Assembly (NCBI GenBank): GCA_943787175.1
Contig: CALSLK010000021.1
Location: forward strand, 9,482-73,481
Origin: an uncultured Alphaproteobacteria bacterium
Lineage (GTDB): Bacteria > Pseudomonadota > Alphaproteobacteria > SP197
Reading direction: 5' to 3'
DNA length: 64,000 nt
The stretch's first letter is position 1. Each line of letters begins with the position of its first letter. Under the pieces are notes generated by a model. The model did no database searches. It was not told the DNA's origin and worked only from the letters and a program-made list of their open reading frames with translations. The translations under genes were made by a program, and so were the position numbers. Shown here in pieces: positions 10,835 to 22,496 of this stretch.

Positions 10835-10874
10835 AAAAAACGCCCGGTGGAAAAACTCCACCGGGCGCTTTCTT
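10835..10874. terminator. Bidirectional intrinsic terminator between bamE and hppA
   Basis: AAAAAA-CGCCCGGTGGA-AAAAC-TCCACCGGGCG-CTTTCTT. Confidence 0.85.
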
Positions 10875-10922
10875 GTGCATTACCGGGGCCAACAAACCGT
10901 TGGCTCCAGGCGATCAAGCCAA

Positions 10923-13001
10923 TCAGTTACCGAGCACTGCGAGCATCAGCAGAGCAACGATATTGATGATCTTAATCATCGGGTTGATGGCAGGCCCGGC
11001 AGTGTCCTTATAGGGGTCACCGACGGTATCGCCCGTCACAGCCGCATGATGGGCATCAGAGCCCTTACCGCCGTGGTTGCCGTCTTCGATGTACTTCTTG
11101 GCATTATCCCAAGCGCCACCGCCCGAGGTCATCGACAGGGCCACAAACAGACCTGTAACGATGGTACCCAGAAGCATAGCACCCAGCGAAGAGAACGCTG
11201 CTGTCTGGCCGGCAATCGCCCAGATGATCAGATACAGAGCGATCGGAGCAAGGACCGGCAGCATCGACGGGATGATCATCTCCTTGATCGCCGACTTGGT
11301 CAGCAGGTCAACAGCACGGCTGTAATCAGGCTTGCCTGTGCCTTCCATGATGCCAGGGATCTCGCGGAACTGACGACGCACCTCGGTGACCACGGAACCG
11401 GCTGCACGACCGACCGCCTGCATGGCGAGCGAACCGAACAGGTAAGGCAGCATGCCGCCGATGAAGAGGCCGACCACCACATAAGGATCCGACAGCTTGA
11501 AGGTGACATCAAGGTCTGGGAAGTAGTGGGTCAGATCCTCGACATAGGCCGCAAAGAGAACCAGAGCGGCCAGACCGGCAGAACCAATGGCGTAACCCTT
11601 CGTCACGGCCTTGGTTGTGTTGCCCACAGCGTCGAGGGCATCGGTGGTCTTGCGAACGTCAGCAGGCAAATCGGCCATTTCGGCGATACCACCAGCGTTA
11701 TCCGTCACCGGACCGTAGGCATCCAGCGTCACAACAACACCGGCCACGGCCAACATGGTGGTGACGGTAATGGCGATGCCGAAGAGGCCGGCCAGCAGAT
11801 AACCGATGATGATACCAGCAGCGATCACGATGACCGGGGCCGCTGTGGCTTCCATGGAAATCGCCAGACCCTGGATCACGTTGGTGCCGTGACCCGTGGT
11901 CGAGGCCTGCGCGATGATCTTGACCGGACGATACTCCGTGGAGGTGTAATACTCCGTGATGTAGATCAGAAGACCTGTGATCACGAGGCCCAGGACACCA
12001 CAGAAGAACATGCTCCAGCCCGTGAAGGTGATCGCACCAACCGTAAGTTCCGTATTGAGGCCAACCATCACTTCCGTGACCGGAATGAGGAGGATGGCCG
12101 AAATCACCGCCGTAGCAATGAAACCTTTGTAGAGGGCCCACATGATGTTCTGGCTGCCGCCGCTGAGCTTCATGAAGAAGTTGCCAACAACGGTACCCAG
12201 AATGCAGACGCCGCCCAGAACCAGCGGGAAGGCCATCATGGTGGTCTGGGTTTCACCTGTGAAGAAAATCGACGCCAGAAGCATCGTGGCAACAAAGGTC
12301 ACGGCATAGGTCTCAAAGAGATCCGCCGCCATACCAGCGCAGTCACCCACGTTATCGCCAACGTTATCGGCGATCACGGCGGGGTTGCGGGGGTCATCTT
12401 CTGGAATACCAGCTTCAACCTTGCCCACCAGATCGGCGCCGACATCAGCACCCTTGGTGAAGATACCGCCGCCCAGGCGTGCAAAGATTGAAATCAGCGA
12501 GCCACCGAAGCCCAGGGCAACCAGTGCTTCCACAGTCTCGCGCTGCGCAACTCCGATCTCCAGAAGGACGACGTAGTAGCCCGCCACGCCCAACAGGCCC
12601 AGACCGACGACCAGAATGCCCGTGACCGCGCCAGCGTTCACGGCAACATCCAACGCCTTTTCGATGCCTGTCCGCGCAGCTTCAGCCGTACGCACATTGG
12701 CGCGGACCGAAACAAGCATGCCGATGTAACCGGCAGCACCCGAAAGGATGGCGCCAATGGCAAAGCCGATTGCCTGGCTTACGCCAAGAAGAACAATCAG
12801 CACGACGAAGATGACAGCGCCAGCAATTGCAATCGTCAGATACTGACGGTTCAGGTAGGCCTGAGCGCCTTCCTGAATGGCGCCTGCAATTTCCTGCATG
12901 CGCTCGTTACCCGCCGGTGCAGCAACAACCTTACGTACGGCATAGACGCCATAGGCAAGTGCCACCACGCCGCAGGCAATGGCGAAATACAAAGATTCCA
13001 T
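10923..13001 (-). CDS. hppA: Membrane H+-translocating pyrophosphatase, K+-independent type
   Basis: [54 protein letters not shown]. Confidence 0.97.
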   Translation of the reverse strand: MESLYFAIACGVVALAYGVYAVRKVVAAPAGNERMQEIAGAIQEGAQAYLNRQYLTIAIAGAVIFVVLIVLLGVSQAIGFAIGAILSGAAGYIGMLVSVRANVRTAEAARTGIEKALDVAVNAGAVTGILVVGLGLLGVAGYYVVLLEIGVAQRETVEALVALGFGGSLISIFARLGGGIFTKGADVGADLVGKVEAGIPEDDPRNPAVIADNVGDNVGDCAGMAADLFETYAVTFVATMLLASIFFTGETQTTMMAFPLVLGGVCILGTVVGNFFMKLSGGSQNIMWALYKGFIATAVISAILLIPVTEVMVGLNTELTVGAITFTGWSMFFCGVLGLVITGLLIYITEYYTSTEYRPVKIIAQASTTGHGTNVIQGLAISMEATAAPVIVIAAGIIIGYLLAGLFGIAITVTTMLAVAGVVVTLDAYGPVTDNAGGIAEMADLPADVRKTTDALDAVGNTTKAVTKGYAIGSAGLAALVLFAAYVEDLTHYFPDLDVTFKLSDPYVVVGLFIGGMLPYLFGSLAMQAVGRAAGSVVTEVRRQFREIPGIMEGTGKPDYSRAVDLLTKSAIKEMIIPSMLPVLAPIALYLIIWAIAGQTAAFSSLGAMLLGTIVTGLFVALSMTSGGGAWDNAKKYIEDGNHGGKGSDAHHAAVTGDTVGDPYKDTAGPAINPMIKIINIVALLMLAVLGN

Positions 13002-13161
13002 TGTCCGAACTCTCCCCGGAGTGTGGTTAGGCCGGAAGCAGCGCCGACGCGGATGCGCGCCGTCCCCTTGTTCCGACCTTCAAAAGGTGCGCGAACATGC
13101 CAAAAGGAATCGCCAATTTCAATTGCTGCAACGCACAAACAGCCATGAAAACGGGACTAAA

Positions 13162-14136
13162 TTAGCTTCTGTGGCGCCAACCCGCTTCTGAAAGCCTCAA
13201 TTGACGGCCTTTGGGATCAATTACATGGACCCCTTCTCCCGATCTACAGGTTCCGATCACCGTGACAGCAACGCCACATTCACCTGCCATTCCTTCGATC
13301 TCGTTCAGGCTGTCGGGGGCAAACGTGAACAGAAGTTCATAGTCATCCCCTCCTCCCAGAATCACCTGTTGCAAGGTCGGGTCGTGATCCAAGGCTGCCT
13401 GACACCCGGCGGAGAGCGGAATCCGCACCCAGTCGAGATCGATGGCAACATGTGATCGCGAGGCCAGATGTGTCGCATCAGCGACCAGACCATCCGAGAT
13501 ATCCATGGCTGCGTGAGCGAACCCCACCAACGCCGGGCCCAGTTGCGTTCGTGGTTGTGGCAGCCGATATCGATCAGACAGGAATGCAAGGTGATCGCCA
13601 TTCAGGTCACTCAATTCACGACGGATAGCCCGCAGGCCCAGAGCGGCATCACCGATTGTTCCGGTAACCGCAACAAGGTCATCCGGTCTGGCCCCGGTCC
13701 GCACCAGAGACTGGCCCAGGTCAACCTCGCCAAAGGCTGTCAGCGAAAGGGTCAATAGTCCATTTGGAGACGCAATGGTGTCACCGCCCAAAAGGGAAAC
13801 ACCAAACAGATCCTGATCACACCGCAAACCATCAAAGAACGCCCGGAACCAGGACTCATCGCGGCTACCGTCACTGGCCAATCCCAACAGATAGCCCAGG
13901 GGCCTGGCACCCATGGCAGCAAGATCAGACAGATTGACCCGCAACAACTTGCGGGCAATCTGATCAGGGGGATCATCGTGCAGAAAATGGACACCCTCGG
14001 CCATCATGTCTTTGGTGATGACCAGTTCACACCCTGCTCCAGGGACCAGTGTCGCGCCATCATTGGCAAGCCCTTGCGCACCGGGCGCAGTCGCCAACGG
14101 CGCGATCAGCCGATCAATCAGATCGAACTCATCCAC
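13162..14136 (-). CDS. thiL: Thiamine-phosphate kinase
   Basis: EFDLI, NLSDLAAMGA, LGGDT, DISDGL, GGDDYELLF; GTG start overlaps nusB end. Confidence 0.95.
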   Translation of the reverse strand: MDEFDLIDRLIAPLATAPGAQGLANDGATLVPGAGCELVITKDMMAEGVHFLHDDPPDQIARKLLRVNLSDLAAMGARPLGYLLGLASDGSRDESWFRAFFDGLRCDQDLFGVSLLGGDTIASPNGLLTLSLTAFGEVDLGQSLVRTGARPDDLVAVTGTIGDAALGLRAIRRELSDLNGDHLAFLSDRYRLPQPRTQLGPALVGFAHAAMDISDGLVADATHLASRSHVAIDLDWVRIPLSAGCQAALDHDPTLQQVILGGGDDYELLFTFAPDSLNEIEGMAGECGVAVTVIGTCRSGEGVHVIDPKGRQLRLSEAGWRHRS

Positions 14137-14632
14137 CGGCCGCCTTCTCTGGTGTGAATTCATGAGCTCGAAGGATTCGGGCAAGACGATCAAGAATGGC
14201 GTTCACCATGCCTGGCTCGCCGCGGGCATAGAACGAGTGCGCAATGTCGACATAATCGTTGATAATGACACGTGCGGGCACCTCGGCATTTTCCATGAGC
14301 TCGTGAATTCCCGCTCGCAGAATGGCGCGCATCAGTGCTTCCAGACGCTGCACAGTCCAGCCGGCTGAGAGTGCACCGCCGATCATCTCATCAAGCCGGC
14401 CCTCATCATCAGCAGAAACACCTCTGACGATTGCAGTGATCAGATCATGATCCACATCTACAGTCAGGCCATGCTCGTCGAGGGCCGCACCACGCGCGAT
14501 TCCATTTGCAAGCGCCGAAGCGTATGTCGCGGTCTCCAGGTCGACCTGATAGAGCGCCTGCACCGCAGCCAGCCGCGAGGCGGTGGCCGTACGCCAGGTG
14601 TTTTTCTCGGTTTTCACGTTCTTGTCGGTCAT
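14129..14632 (-). CDS. nusB: Transcription antitermination factor NusB
   Basis: SRLAAVQALYQ, RAILRAG, IINDYVDIA, VNAILD. Confidence 0.95.
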   Translation of the reverse strand: MTDKNVKTEKNTWRTATASRLAAVQALYQVDLETATYASALANGIARGAALDEHGLTVDVDHDLITAIVRGVSADDEGRLDEMIGGALSAGWTVQRLEALMRAILRAGIHELMENAEVPARVIINDYVDIAHSFYARGEPGMVNAILDRLARILRAHEFTPEKAAGG

Positions 14633-15069
14633 CCGGTGACGCGCAGGGTCGCAGCCAGTTCTACCATCTTGATACAGGCGATCGCTGCTTCACGACCCTT
14701 GTTCTTCTGATCAGGGTCAGCACGCACGATAGCTTGCTGTTCATTCTCAACGGTCAACAGGCCAAATCCGACGGGAGCCATATGACGCATGATGAGGTCG
14801 TTCACGCCGCGCGCGACCTCGTTACAGATATGGTCGTAATGGGAAGTCTCGCCACGAATGACGCAGCCAAGCACCAGGTATCCGTCATATTTTCCCGTCG
14901 CAATTGCCATGCGCAGGCCACCGGGTAGTTCGTAGGCGCCAGCAACCTCTACCCGATCATAGGTAGCGCCCCACCTGTCGAGCTCGGCGATAGCGCCCCG
15001 TGCCAGTTCATCGGTGATGTGAACGTAATAGCGGGCTTCTAGAATCAGAATATGCGGCGTCGTCGCCAT
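14629..15069 (-). CDS. ribH: 6,7-dimethyl-8-ribityllumazine synthase
   Basis: VAGAYELP, LGCVIRGETSHYD, GLLTVEN, NKGREAA. Confidence 0.96.
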   Translation of the reverse strand: MATTPHILILEARYYVHITDELARGAIAELDRWGATYDRVEVAGAYELPGGLRMAIATGKYDGYLVLGCVIRGETSHYDHICNEVARGVNDLIMRHMAPVGFGLLTVENEQQAIVRADPDQKNKGREAAIACIKMVELAATLRVTG

Positions 15070-15095
15070 GTCATGTCCTCGGATCGTGCGTCAAA

Positions 15096-15437
15096 TCAGG
15101 GCCGGTTGGAGAGCTGCAGTGCGTTGCCCTCCGGGTCCTTCCCATCACATAAAAGCAGCGCGCCCGCCACCTTTACCTTGCCGAAATTGGCACCGCGGGC
15201 GTTGAGGGTTTCGCGAACAGCGGCAACATCCTCGCATTGGAAGACAATCTTGGGTGCGCGCGGCGGCGTTCCCAACCGACCTCCCTTGTGCAGAGCAATG
15301 CGACAGCCGCCAGCGTCATACTCGCGCCAGCCTGGGTCAACGGGCTCCAGCAAACTCAACCCCAGAACGTCCTCATAGAACACTGCCAAACGTAGCAGAT
15401 CATTCGCAAAGATGATGACTCGACTGACCGTGAGCAT
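15096..15437 (-). CDS. VOC/glyoxalase family protein
   Basis: FYEDVLGL...DPEGNALQL. Confidence 0.85.
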   Translation of the reverse strand: MLTVSRVIIFANDLLRLAVFYEDVLGLSLLEPVDPGWREYDAGGCRIALHKGGRLGTPPRAPKIVFQCEDVAAVRETLNARGANFGKVKVAGALLLCDGKDPEGNALQLSNRP

Positions 15438-15450
15438 CTTCCGTCCAGCG

Positions 15451-16065
15451 TCAGTTCTTCACCCCATGCCGCGACGACAACATGCGTTGCATGTAGCGCG
15501 CCAGCATGTCGATCTCGAGATTGACTGCATCACCCGACTTGAGATCACCGAAGGTGGTTACCTCCTGGGTATGGGGAATGATGTTGATACCAAACCTGCA
15601 ACCTGCGTCATCATCTTCGACAGAATTCACGGTCAGCGAGACGCCGTTGATTGCGATCGACCCTTTCTCGGCAACAAAGGGCGCGACTTCAGCAGGTGCT
15701 TGAAAGACAAATCGTACGGAATCGCCTTCACGTTCGAGCACCTCGACGGAACCCACAGCGTCAACATGACCAGAGACAAGGTGGCCTCCCAGTTCATCGC
15801 CCATAGCAAGAGAGCGTTCCAGATTGATGCGCGTGCCGACACTCCAGGATGCCAGGCTGGAGCGGTCGAGTGTTTCAGCGGAAACATCAACGGCAAACCA
15901 ATCAGCGCCCTTCTCGACAACCGTCAGACAGACGCCCGAACAAGCAATCGAGGCACCGATATCGATACCGTCGGTCGCATAACTCGTTTCAATCTCGAAG
16001 CGCGTATCACCGCGCTGTTCGAGCGCACGAACGGCGCCGATATCAGTCACGATACCCGTAAACAT
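15451..16065 (-). CDS. ribE: Riboflavin synthase (alpha chain)
   Basis: MFTGIV, GVCLTV, GGHLVSGHVD, NGVSLTVN, VNLEID. Confidence 0.97.
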   Translation of the reverse strand: MFTGIVTDIGAVRALEQRGDTRFEIETSYATDGIDIGASIACSGVCLTVVEKGADWFAVDVSAETLDRSSLASWSVGTRINLERSLAMGDELGGHLVSGHVDAVGSVEVLEREGDSVRFVFQAPAEVAPFVAEKGSIAINGVSLTVNSVEDDDAGCRFGINIIPHTQEVTTFGDLKSGDAVNLEIDMLARYMQRMLSSRHGVKN

Positions 16066-16081
16066 GAACCTTCATCCTCTC

Positions 16082-17222
16082 TCATCGTAGGGCACTCAAC
16101 ATGACAAGGTTGTCATCCTGCCATGACCGGCGCGCCATCACACGCCACCGCGCAGCATCACTGACCTTTTCGATCCCAAGTCCTGCAACCGAAGCCAAAC
16201 CTTCCTCACCGATCATCATGGGAGCGGCAAACCAGGCCAATCGGTCGACAAGTTCTTCACGCAGCAAGCCTGTTGCCAGGGCAGCGCCCCCCTCAACAAG
16301 CAGGCGCGTCACCCCTTGTTCCCCTAGGCCCGACAACACGGCATCGAGAACGAGGCGACCATCAGGCCCGCGTCGCACTTCCATGACCTCTGCTCCGACA
16401 TCCTCAAGGGCTTTGCGGCGGGATGTATCGCAGGCTTCACCACAGACAACCCAGGTTGGAACGTCCCGTGCGGTTTTTGCCAGATTCGAGTTGGTCGCCA
16501 GACGCAATCCGCTGTCGACCACGATCCGGGTTGGCGAGGCCGTTTCAAGACCAGGCAGCCGACAGGTCAGTGACGGGTCATCAGCCAATGCCGTTCCGCT
16601 GCCCACCATGATGGCGTCATGGCTGACGCGCAGCAGGTGCCCAAAGCGCCGCGCCGGCTCTCCTGTAATCCACTTTGAATCGCCAGAATGTGCAGCTGTG
16701 CGTCCATCAAGGCTTGCAGCAACCTTAAGGGTGACCAGAGGTCGCCCCCTGACTACGCGCGACAAAAAACCAGCCTGCTGATCCCTGGCTGCATCATCAA
16801 GGACTCCAACATCAACTCCGATGCCAGCCTTGCGCAACATCTCAATGCCCGAACCCGATGTGCGCGGATCCGGATCTTCCAAAGCCACCACAACACGCGC
16901 GACTCCGGCAGCGATCAATGCATCGCAACAGGGAGGTGTCTGTCCGTGATGGGCACATGGCTCCAGAGTGACATAGGCAGTGGCCCCACGCGCCGCCTCT
17001 CCTGCCTGAATAAGTGCCTGCGTTTCAGCATGCGGACGCCCGCCTTGTGCGGTAACCCCGCGCCCGACAACCCTGCCATCCCTGATCAACACGCAGCCGA
17101 CGGAGGGGATTGGGCCAGGTCCGGCCCAGACCACGATCTGCCAGAACGAGCGCAGCCGCCATGTGGCGGCAATCGGTTTCAGTCGTCGTAGCGGTTGGCA
17201 CCGACACCGACACTGGGCTCAT
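16082..17222 (-). CDS. ribD: Riboflavin biosynthesis deaminase/reductase RibD (one frameshift in the G-run near 17105; start uncertain)
   Basis: [19 protein letters not shown]|[43 protein letters not shown]. Confidence 0.93.
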
Positions 17223-17670
17223 CGCCATCAAGTTTTTCGATAAACTGTTCGAAATCCTTAGCTTCGCGGAAATTTCGATAGACCGAGGCAAACCGGACAT
17301 AAGCAACCGGATCAAGGTTGGCCAGGCCATCCATCACCATCTCGCCCACGACACTGGACGGAATCTCGGCTTCGCCCATGCTCTCCAGGCGGCGTTGAAT
17401 ACCTGAAACCAGACGCTCAACCCGCTCAGGGTCAACCGGACGTTTCCGGATTGCAATCTCGATGGACCGCGCCAGCTTGTCGCGATCAAACGGCGCACGA
17501 CTGCCCGTCTTCTTCACGACCGTGAGGTCACGAAGCTGAATGCGTTCAAACGTCGTAAAACGTCCACTGCAATTCAGGCATTGACGCCGCCTTCGGATTG
17601 TCGCGCCGTCTTCGGTCGGACGCGAATCCTTGACCTGTGTTTCTTCGTGTCCGCAGAAGGGGCAACGCAT
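17179..17670 (-). CDS. nrdR: Transcriptional repressor NrdR
   Basis: [34 protein letters not shown]. Confidence 0.97.
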   Translation of the reverse strand: MRCPFCGHEETQVKDSRPTEDGATIRRRRQCLNCSGRFTTFERIQLRDLTVVKKTGSRAPFDRDKLARSIEIAIRKRPVDPERVERLVSGIQRRLESMGEAEIPSSVVGEMVMDGLANLDPVAYVRFASVYRNFREAKDFEQFIEKLDGDEPSVGVGANRYDD

Positions 17671-17681
17671 CTTAGCCTCAC

Positions 17682-18992
17682 TTAACCCAGGTTCATGCCT
17701 TGATAGACCGGAAATCTGTGACACAGATCCAGGACCTTTTCAGCAACCACTTGTTCGGTCTTGCTGTTGTCCTCCGGATTGACCGCAAGACCATCCAGCA
17801 GTTCAACAATCAAGGCACCGACTTCCCGGAACTCCTTAACACCGAACCCGCGGGTCGTGCCGGCAGGTGTGCCCAGGCGAATGCCTGACGTCACCATAGG
17901 CTTTTCAGGATCGAAGGGAATGGCGTTCTTATTGCAGGTGATGCGCGCGCGATCGAGGCTCTTGTCGGCAATGTTGCCGGTCAGCCCTTTGGGGCGCAGA
18001 TCGACCAGCATCAGATGCGTGTCGGTTCCACCTGAAGAAATTGCCAGTCCACCTTCAACCAGGGACTCGGCAAGCGCGTGAGCATTGTCGACCACGGCCT
18101 GTGAGTAGTTCTTGAATTCCGGGTCCAGTGCCTCACCCAGCATGACGGCCTTTGCGGCGATGACATGCATCAGCGGGCCACCCTGAAGGCCGGGGAAAAC
18201 AGCCGAATTGAATTTCTTGCCCAGAGCTTCATCGTTGCAAAGAATCATGCCGCCGCGAGGACCGCGCAAGGTCTTGTGAGTCGTGGTCGTGCAGACATGA
18301 GCATGCGGCAGCGGACTTGGATGCACGCCGGCGGCAACCAGACCGGCAAAGTGCGCCATGTCGACCATCAGATAAGCGCCGACCTTGTCAGCAATCTCAC
18401 GCATACGCGGGAAGTCGATAATGCGGGGATAGGCAGAACCACCGGCAACAATCAGCTTGGGCTTGTTGTCGACGGCTAGCTTCTCCAACTCGTCGTAGTC
18501 GATCTGGTGGGTGTCTTCGCGCACGCCATAACCCACGGCGTTAAACCACTTGCCGGAAATATTGGGGCCCGCGCCATGTGTCAGATGGCCGCCATGTGCC
18601 AACGACATGCCCAGGATTGTGTCGCCAGGCTGAAGCAGTGCCAGGAAGACCGCGCCATTGGCCTGTGCGCCAGAATGAGGCTGGACGTTGACGAAGTTGC
18701 AGTCGAACAGCTTCTTCGCACGATCGATTGCAAGCTGCTCCACGACATCAACGTACTCGCAGCCCCCATAGTAACGGCGGCCGGGGTAACCTTCGGCATA
18801 CTTGTTGGTGAGAATCGTGCCCTGGGCTTCCATCACCGCCGTCGAGACGATGTTCTCCGAAGCAATCAGTTCGATCTGATCCTGCTGACGGCGCAATTCG
18901 CCTTTGATCGCGTCCAGCACATCAGGATCGCTATCACTAAGGCGGCGGGTAAAGAAATCGCTGGCAGTGTGGGTCTGTGCCGCAACGGACAT
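17682..18992 (-). CDS. glyA: Serine hydroxymethyltransferase
   Basis: [38 protein letters not shown]. Confidence 0.98.
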   Translation of the reverse strand: MSVAAQTHTASDFFTRRLSDSDPDVLDAIKGELRRQQDQIELIASENIVSTAVMEAQGTILTNKYAEGYPGRRYYGGCEYVDVVEQLAIDRAKKLFDCNFVNVQPHSGAQANGAVFLALLQPGDTILGMSLAHGGHLTHGAGPNISGKWFNAVGYGVREDTHQIDYDELEKLAVDNKPKLIVAGGSAYPRIIDFPRMREIADKVGAYLMVDMAHFAGLVAAGVHPSPLPHAHVCTTTTHKTLRGPRGGMILCNDEALGKKFNSAVFPGLQGGPLMHVIAAKAVMLGEALDPEFKNYSQAVVDNAHALAESLVEGGLAISSGGTDTHLMLVDLRPKGLTGNIADKSLDRARITCNKNAIPFDPEKPMVTSGIRLGTPAGTTRGFGVKEFREVGALIVELLDGLAVNPEDNSKTEQVVAEKVLDLCHRFPVYQGMNLG

Positions 18993-19032
18993 GGCTTGAT
19001 ACTCCAAGGAAGACAAACTGGTGGCGTGCCTT

Positions 19033-19485
19033 CTAGCGCGAAGCAGAAGGCCGCGACAACTTGTCTACTCGCCGTTGATGGCGTCCGCCTTCAAACGACG
19101 TTTCAAGGAACACTTTGAGACAATCTTTCGCTGTTTCGACACCAATCAGTCTTTCCCCCAGTGCCAGAACATTGGCATCGTTGTGCAGACGACTCATCCT
19201 GGCAGACGTTACGTCATGGCAAACCGCAGCGCGGATGGCGGCATGGCGGTTTGCTGCAATGGATATCCCGATCCCGGTTCCACACACCAGAACGCCCAGG
19301 TCAGCGTCACCGGCAGACAGACAACGGGCCAGTTCGTCGCCAAAATCGGGATAATCGACGGAATCCGTACTATCAGTCCCGAGATCAACAACGTCGTGCC
19401 CCCATTCAATCAGAACTTTGGAAAGTTCAGTCTTGAGAGAAAATCCAGCGTGATCGGAAGCAAGTGCAATCCTGGAGCTCGTCAC
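19033..19485 (-). CDS. rpiB: Ribose-5-phosphate isomerase B
   Basis: SDHAG, DYPD, CGTGIG, HNDANVL, FEGGRH. Confidence 0.96.
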   Translation of the reverse strand: MTSSRIALASDHAGFSLKTELSKVLIEWGHDVVDLGTDSTDSVDYPDFGDELARCLSAGDADLGVLVCGTGIGISIAANRHAAIRAAVCHDVTSARMSRLHNDANVLALGERLIGVETAKDCLKVFLETSFEGGRHQRRVDKLSRPSASR

Positions 19486-19685
19486 TCCGCACCCCCTACA
19501 TCGGGCGTTTCGGGAGGCATTTGCCTACCACAGGCGGGACAACGAGGCCAGTGAAGGCTGGCAACGAAAAAACAAATCACTGTTTGAGCAGCAAGTTAAA
19601 AGAAATGATTGAACCCTTGGCCTCCACTTGTATTTCAAGAACAGAATCGTTATCTAGAGCGCACAACAACAAATTGGTTAAGAAG

Positions 19686-20105
19686 ATGAATGAAGAAGAC
19701 GCCATGAATGCACTATCACGTGCAGAACTTCTTGAAATGACAACCGAAATCGTCTCGGCCTATGTCAGTAACAATACAGCTGACAGTTCCATGGTTCCGA
19801 CCCTGATCGATAGTGTTTACCGCGCACTTGCCGGTCAATCCGAGGCGGTCACACCTTCATCAGACCCCGGAAGTCCGGCTGTTTCGATCAAGCGTTCGGT
19901 CAAGGACGATCACATCGTCTGTCTCGATTGCGGTCGCAAACTCAAGACACTGAAGCGCCATCTGCGCTCAGAGCACGACCTTTCGCCAGCCGACTACCGG
20001 GCCAAGTGGAGTCTTGCTTCCGACTATCCGATGGTTGCTCCGAACTACTCCAAGGCGCGTTCGAACTTCGCAAAGCAGATTGGACTGGGCCGCACCGGCG
20101 GTTAA
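19686..20105 (+). CDS. mucR: MucR/Ros family zinc-finger regulator (start 19686 or 19704)
   Basis: IVSAYVSNN, CLDCGRKLKTLKRHL..H, DYPMVAPNY, AKQIGLG. Confidence 0.93.
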   Translation: MNEEDAMNALSRAELLEMTTEIVSAYVSNNTADSSMVPTLIDSVYRALAGQSEAVTPSSDPGSPAVSIKRSVKDDHIVCLDCGRKLKTLKRHLRSEHDLSPADYRAKWSLASDYPMVAPNYSKARSNFAKQIGLGRTGG

Positions 20106-20126
20106 GTCTTGGACGCATGCATTTCT

Positions 20127-20166
20127 GAAAAGCCGGTTGGCCTATTGGTCAGCCGGCTTTTTCTTT
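20127..20166. terminator. Bidirectional intrinsic terminator
   Basis: GAAAAGCCGGTTGGCC-TATT-GGTCAGCCGGCTTTTTC between convergent mucR and livM. Confidence 0.85.
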
Positions 20167-20170
20167 GGCT

Positions 20171-21484
20171 CTAGCGGCGCACAGGCTCGGGTATCAGGCC
20201 ACGCGGTGCAAACCTGAGCGCCAACAGCAGGATCAGTCCCATGACACAGAGTCGCATATAGGCGGCACCTTGCAGCAGGTGTGCTCTCAGGGCGCTTTCA
20301 GGCGAAAGCCCTGAGGTTATGAAATCCATGAGCCAGAGTCCTGCCGGTTCGGCTTCGATCCAGATAAACCAGATGAAGAACCCGCCCAGAACAGCACCCC
20401 AATTGTTTCCAGATCCTCCCACGATCACCATGACCCAGATCAGGAAGGTGAAACGAAGGGGTTGATAGGTACCCGGCGTAAACTGACCGTCCAGCGTCGT
20501 CAGCATGGCACCTGCGACGCCCATGACCGCCCCGCCAATCACAAAGATCTCCAGGTGGCGGCGCGTCACGTTCTTGCCCATCGCTTCGGCCGACACTTCG
20601 TTGTCGCGAATTGCACGCATCATGCGCCCCCAGGGCGAGTGCAACGCCTTCTGGGCCAGCACCATGATGACCACCAGAACAGCCAGGAACAAACCGGCAT
20701 AACAGAGCTTCACAAGGATCGTCGAAGCCTCGACCGTTTCCATGCCGATTGCATGAGCCCTGGATTCGAACTGTGCTGAAGCCTGCAATTCCACTTCATA
20801 GGGAACCGGCCGTTCAAGCCCGGAAACATTCTTGACGCCACGGGCAAGCCAGTCCTCGTTTTTCAGGACCGCCAGGATAATCTCTGCAATGCCCAGGGTA
20901 GCAATCGCCAGATAGTCGGCACGCAAGCCCAGGGCGATCTTGGCAATGAGCCAGGCAGCGCCTGCGGCCACCAGACCACCGACCGGCCAGGCCAGAAGAA
21001 TAGGCAATCCAAGCCCGCCGAGATAACCGGTCTTTGCAGGATTGACGTCCTCGATGGCATCGGCTGCAGGATCAAAGAAGACCCGAATGAGACCATAGCC
21101 ACATAACAGCACAACCAGCGTGAGGATAATGCGCAAACCTCCCGATGGAACCAGCCGGCGAACGCCCAGGACGGCCAGAACCGTCCCGATCAGCATGGCC
21201 AGCGTCCAGAGCATGTCCCAGCCGCCTGCTGTCCAGGCCTCCTGGATCGGTGGCATGGAAACCAGAACTGCCGCAACGCCGCCCAAGGCTGCAAAGCCCA
21301 TCACACCAACATTGAAAAGGCCGGCATAACCCCACTGCATGTTGAGGCCCAAGGCCATGATGGAGGAGATCAGGCAAAGGTTGATGATCGACAGGGCTAC
21401 AGACCAGGACTGGCCAAAACCCACGATCATGAGCAGAGCCGCCATAATCGCAAAACAGATGGGGCCGCGCATGGAAGACGTCAT
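20171..21484 (-). CDS. livM: Branched-chain amino acid ABC permease (LivM-like)
   Basis: GLNMQWGYAGLFN, LRADYLAIATLG, GRMMRAIRDNE, VIVGGSGN. Confidence 0.9.
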   Translation of the reverse strand: MTSSMRGPICFAIMAALLMIVGFGQSWSVALSIINLCLISSIMALGLNMQWGYAGLFNVGVMGFAALGGVAAVLVSMPPIQEAWTAGGWDMLWTLAMLIGTVLAVLGVRRLVPSGGLRIILTLVVLLCGYGLIRVFFDPAADAIEDVNPAKTGYLGGLGLPILLAWPVGGLVAAGAAWLIAKIALGLRADYLAIATLGIAEIILAVLKNEDWLARGVKNVSGLERPVPYEVELQASAQFESRAHAIGMETVEASTILVKLCYAGLFLAVLVVIMVLAQKALHSPWGRMMRAIRDNEVSAEAMGKNVTRRHLEIFVIGGAVMGVAGAMLTTLDGQFTPGTYQPLRFTFLIWVMVIVGGSGNNWGAVLGGFFIWFIWIEAEPAGLWLMDFITSGLSPESALRAHLLQGAAYMRLCVMGLILLLALRFAPRGLIPEPVRR

Positions 21485-22494
21485 AGGACCTTGCCCTTGA
21501 AGATGCCGGTAGGACGGACAAGCAGAACAACCACCAGAATGACAAAGCTGACCGCAAACTTGTATTCGGTCGAAAGCAGTTGCACGAGGCTTTCAGGCTC
21601 CCAGCTCTCGGGCACGATATAGATCAGGAACTTCTTGTAGGCATAGGTCACCGTGACTTCAGAAAACGCGATGACGTAGCCACCAACGACGGCGCCAACT
21701 GGGTGGCCGATACCACCAACGATCGCAGCCGCAAAGATGGGCAACAAGAGCTGGAAGTAGGTGAAAGGTTTGAAGCTCTTATCAAGGCCATAGAGCGTGC
21801 CGGCGATGGTTGCCAGCGAGCCGGCAATCACCCAGGCAACGATCACCACCCTGTCAGGGCTGACGCCCGACAGCAGAGCAAGATCCTCATTGTCGGAATA
21901 GGCACGCATGGCCTTGCCGGTGCGCGATTTCTGAAGAAACCAGAACAGCGCAATGACCACGACAAACGTGACCGCAATCGTCAGGCCCTGGCTCAACTTC
22001 AGGGCAAGGCCTTCGTTGAGCCCGGTTGCTTCCTTGAACTCACGCGCTTTGATCAGAAATCTTGCGCCGTCACCAAACTCACGGTCGTTCGGACCGATGA
22101 TGACGCGCACAAGACCATTCATCAGAAACATGACGCCAATCGAGACGATGACAAAGATGACGGCGGGACTCTTGTTGCGTCTGTAAAAGCGATAAACAAA
22201 GCGGTCCGACAACAGGCTGATTGCAATCGCCGCAGCCATGCCGAATGGCAACGCCAGCAACGCCGTGGGCAACGGGTCAATACCAACGCCAATACTCTGG
22301 AGCCACCATGTAATCAGGATCACGAACATGGTCCCGAAGGCCATCAGATCGCCATGAGCGAAATTGGCAAACCGGAGAATGCTGTAAATCAATGTGACGC
22401 CCAAAGCGCCCAATGCGAGTTGAGATCCGTAGGCCATGCCCGGGATCAGCACGAAGTTCGAGAACAGGACGATGGCGTTGATGAGACCTTCCAT
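21481..22494 (-). CDS. livH: Branched-chain amino acid ABC permease (LivH-like)
   Basis: FANFAHGD, GKAMRAYSDN, AAIVGGIG, RPTGIF. Confidence 0.9.
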   Translation of the reverse strand: MEGLINAIVLFSNFVLIPGMAYGSQLALGALGVTLIYSILRFANFAHGDLMAFGTMFVILITWWLQSIGVGIDPLPTALLALPFGMAAAIAISLLSDRFVYRFYRRNKSPAVIFVIVSIGVMFLMNGLVRVIIGPNDREFGDGARFLIKAREFKEATGLNEGLALKLSQGLTIAVTFVVVIALFWFLQKSRTGKAMRAYSDNEDLALLSGVSPDRVVIVAWVIAGSLATIAGTLYGLDKSFKPFTYFQLLLPIFAAAIVGGIGHPVGAVVGGYVIAFSEVTVTYAYKKFLIYIVPESWEPESLVQLLSTEYKFAVSFVILVVVLLVRPTGIFKGKVL

Positions 22495-22496
22495 CG

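Noticed and set aside
10812-12491. 559-aa plus-strand ORF
   Set aside because: Antisense shadow of hppA produced by codon bias; no recognisable motifs.
17095-17115. ribD frameshift as programmed frameshifting or pseudogene
   Set aside because: A single extra base in a G/C run of an otherwise intact, normally essential gene; sequencing error is far more likely. No canonical slippery heptamer.
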